Assembly: GCA_963790025.1 (NCBI GenBank)
Contig: CAWBMP010000004.1
Coordinates: 160,001-224,000, forward strand
DNA from: Nitrospirota bacterium
GTDB taxonomy: Bacteria; Nitrospirota; Thermodesulfovibrionia; Thermodesulfovibrionales; Dissulfurispiraceae
DNA: 64,000 bases
Direction: 5' to 3'
A model generated the notes under the pieces. The model ran no database searches and was not told where the DNA came from. It saw only the letters and a program-made list of their open reading frames with translations. Numbering within the stretch: position 1 is the stretch's first letter; each line of letters starts with the position of its first letter. Positions 62,262-64,000 of this stretch are shown one piece after another. The translations under genes were made by a program, and so were the position numbers.

Positions 62262-63522
62262 ACCACCGCCACCCTTCCTGAGTATCATCGACTTCAATGT
62301 TCACCCGCTTCAGGCAATCACGGACCGCATCGGCCTCATGCCACTGGTTATTTTTCCTGAATAGAGCTCTTAATGCAAGTAATTCTTCCACGAGTGGCGC
62401 GAGACACTCGTAACTGCTTTTCGGCGCTGAGGACAGGCGCATTCCTAAAAGAACTATGAATTCGTGAAAGAGATCTCTTGCCTGGGAGATGACCTCCGGT
62501 CCCTCCTTATCCTGCTGGGCCTGCCAGATTAGCCTATCGAGGGCCAAAACAGCGTTGGCAGCATCCCGGGCATCTTCGTCGAGGCCTTTGTGGAACCCAA
62601 CTTCGACGGCATGCACGGCGCCCCAGAAGTCTGTCTCATCAGACGAGGACCGAGCACTCAACACGCTGTTCACTCCCGCCTCAAAAGTCTGCGACTTCCC
62701 GGGACCTCCCGGCGATTTGAGTGCTCGGCTCCCTTCTCTGTCTGAAAAGGCACTGAGCGGGAATTGTTCTCCCCTGACGAATGTCCTCTCATATGTACCA
62801 TGTCTCAAAGTCACAGAGCCGATACCTTTTATCGAGATTTCCTTCCTGTCAATATCTATGATGCAGGCCGTATGTTCGTCGATACCAAGGATACTCATAT
62901 CCTCCGGCAGCATTGATTCGAGCAACCTGAACCGGCCCTCTCCCATAAAGCAGAAACGCGTGTCGTGTGTCCCTCCCTCGGCGTTATTCCAGTGAGGGAC
63001 CACAACCGTATTCAGCCCGAAATGACCTAGTATCTTGAGGCCTTCAGTCCAATGTGGCTCCTGACCGACCTTGTAAATCTCGTATACAGGCAGGGTAAAA
63101 CTCCCTGCTGTTAGTGCCGCCGCGCTGGCGGCGACAAGACATGCGCCTTTTTCGATCCGCCGCTGCAGTATCCCTGGTATGGGAGTCCCCTGCCACTGCC
63201 TAATGGCATATGTCGGGCTACCGGGTCCGACCAGGACATAATCCGCCTCTTTCAGGGTGCGAAAGGCCTGCTCTCTTTCAAGGGCCGGTATGTCTTTCGA
63301 CTTGTACGATATGACTGCCATTGGATGGCCGACACTCACTCGGAAATATTCTACCGCCCGTTCGGACAACTGGTCGGCGTTCAACTGGAACCCCGCAGGA
63401 GTATCGAGAAAGAACGCTTTGGGAGAAATGCCGAGTCGTGCAAGTATGTCCTTGTGGACCTCGACCATTGTGGCTGTGAGTTCACCTGAGCCCATGAGAA
63501 CAATCAAACCCTTTTTATGCAT
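62251..63522 (-). CDS. Peptidase S51/cyanophycinase-like domain fused to a CysRS-type C-terminal anticodon-binding domain
   Basis: GSGE, GPGSP, AASAAA, PHWNN, GIDEHTA; C-terminus LLALRALFRKNNQWHEADAVRDCLKRVNIEVDDTQEGWRW. Confidence 0.8.
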   Translation of the reverse strand: MHKKGLIVLMGSGELTATMVEVHKDILARLGISPKAFFLDTPAGFQLNADQLSERAVEYFRVSVGHPMAVISYKSKDIPALEREQAFRTLKEADYVLVGPGSPTYAIRQWQGTPIPGILQRRIEKGACLVAASAAALTAGSFTLPVYEIYKVGQEPHWTEGLKILGHFGLNTVVVPHWNNAEGGTHDTRFCFMGEGRFRLLESMLPEDMSILGIDEHTACIIDIDRKEISIKGIGSVTLRHGTYERTFVRGEQFPLSAFSDREGSRALKSPGGPGKSQTFEAGVNSVLSARSSSDETDFWGAVHAVEVGFHKGLDEDARDAANAVLALDRLIWQAQQDKEGPEVISQARDLFHEFIVLLGMRLSSAPKSSYECLAPLVEELLALRALFRKNNQWHEADAVRDCLKRVNIEVDDTQEGWRWYER

Positions 63523-63598
63523 ATTCTAATTTGAGCGTGTTTCATGGCCGTTGTCAAGTGCCGGGACGCATCCTCAGTAGGGCAGCCGAAACCCGAGT

Positions 63599-64000
63599 TT
63601 ATTTTACAATCCACTGCGTGCCGCAGATATACTGGAAATCGCATGTCGGGCACACCTTCTTACTGTCGGCTGCCTGTCCGAAGGGAACCAGAGGATCTAT
63701 TATTTCGTTGAGTGCCTTGAAGATCAGTATCTTCAGTGGTGCAAACATTTCTGCCGGCGATGAACCATCAAATAGGGAAAGTTCAACATCTCTACTTATC
63801 ATCGAGCGGCCCAAAAGCAGAAAAAGCGCATCGAGCTTCTCTATCGTTCTTTTTTTCTTTTCAGTATAAAGCAAGAGGTAAAATGGAAGCTGGATACTAC
63901 CTATAGCCTTGTCCCAAGTCTCTCTTTTGCCGATGTCGAGTTTTTCCATATCAATCTTCAGATAATTTGGGCTGGAGCCTGTCTTGTAATCGACTATGAC
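63599..64000 (-). CDS. C-terminus of a PD-(D/E)XK nuclease (AddB/RecB-like), partial
   Basis: Frame open to the window end: VIVDYKTG, QLPFY, CPTCDFQYIC. Confidence 0.85.
   Translation of the reverse strand, partial: VIVDYKTGSSPNYLKIDMEKLDIGKRETWDKAIGSIQLPFYLLLYTEKKKRTIEKLDALFLLLGRSMISRDVELSLFDGSSPAEMFAPLKILIFKALNEIIDPLVPFGQAADSKKVCPTCDFQYICGTQWIVK

Overview
A 64 kb bacterial chromosomal window with no CRISPR array and no rRNA. Gene content suggests an anaerobic, flagellated diderm; Nitrospirota/Desulfobacterota-like is my inference and is not verified. Layout: (1) 1-18.7 kb is a minus-strand pseudaminic-acid (pseB/C/G/H/I) glycosylation cluster with many tailoring enzymes and a frameshifted terminal glycosyltransferase. 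(2) 19-45.6 kb is mostly housekeeping (ligA, pncC, rarA, gpmA, ABC-F, S1 homolog, AsmA/DUF1318, ppnP, pepF, coaD, rsmD, purN, flgM, csp, HU, L,D-transpeptidase) plus small proteins that the ORF track missed or started too far upstream. (3) 45.7-50.3 kb is an integrase-less islet at tRNA-Val(GAC), bounded by 35-bp direct repeats. It holds two 163-bp IS21-type MITEs, a transposase remnant, BrnT/BrnA, a nucleotidyltransferase pair and an intact IS110 element. The IS110 ends, circle-junction promoter and a two-loop bridge-RNA-like ncRNA, with guides matching both its insertion site and its own end junction, can be read from the sequence. (4) 50.4-64 kb holds a MurC-like ligase, AOR, a class II aldolase, a TMTC-like GT-C/TPR protein, DnaJ and a mycothiol-like operon whose first gene is a peptidase-S51/CysRS-anticodon-domain fusion. 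All calls come from motif reading by eye; no searches or folding programs were run.
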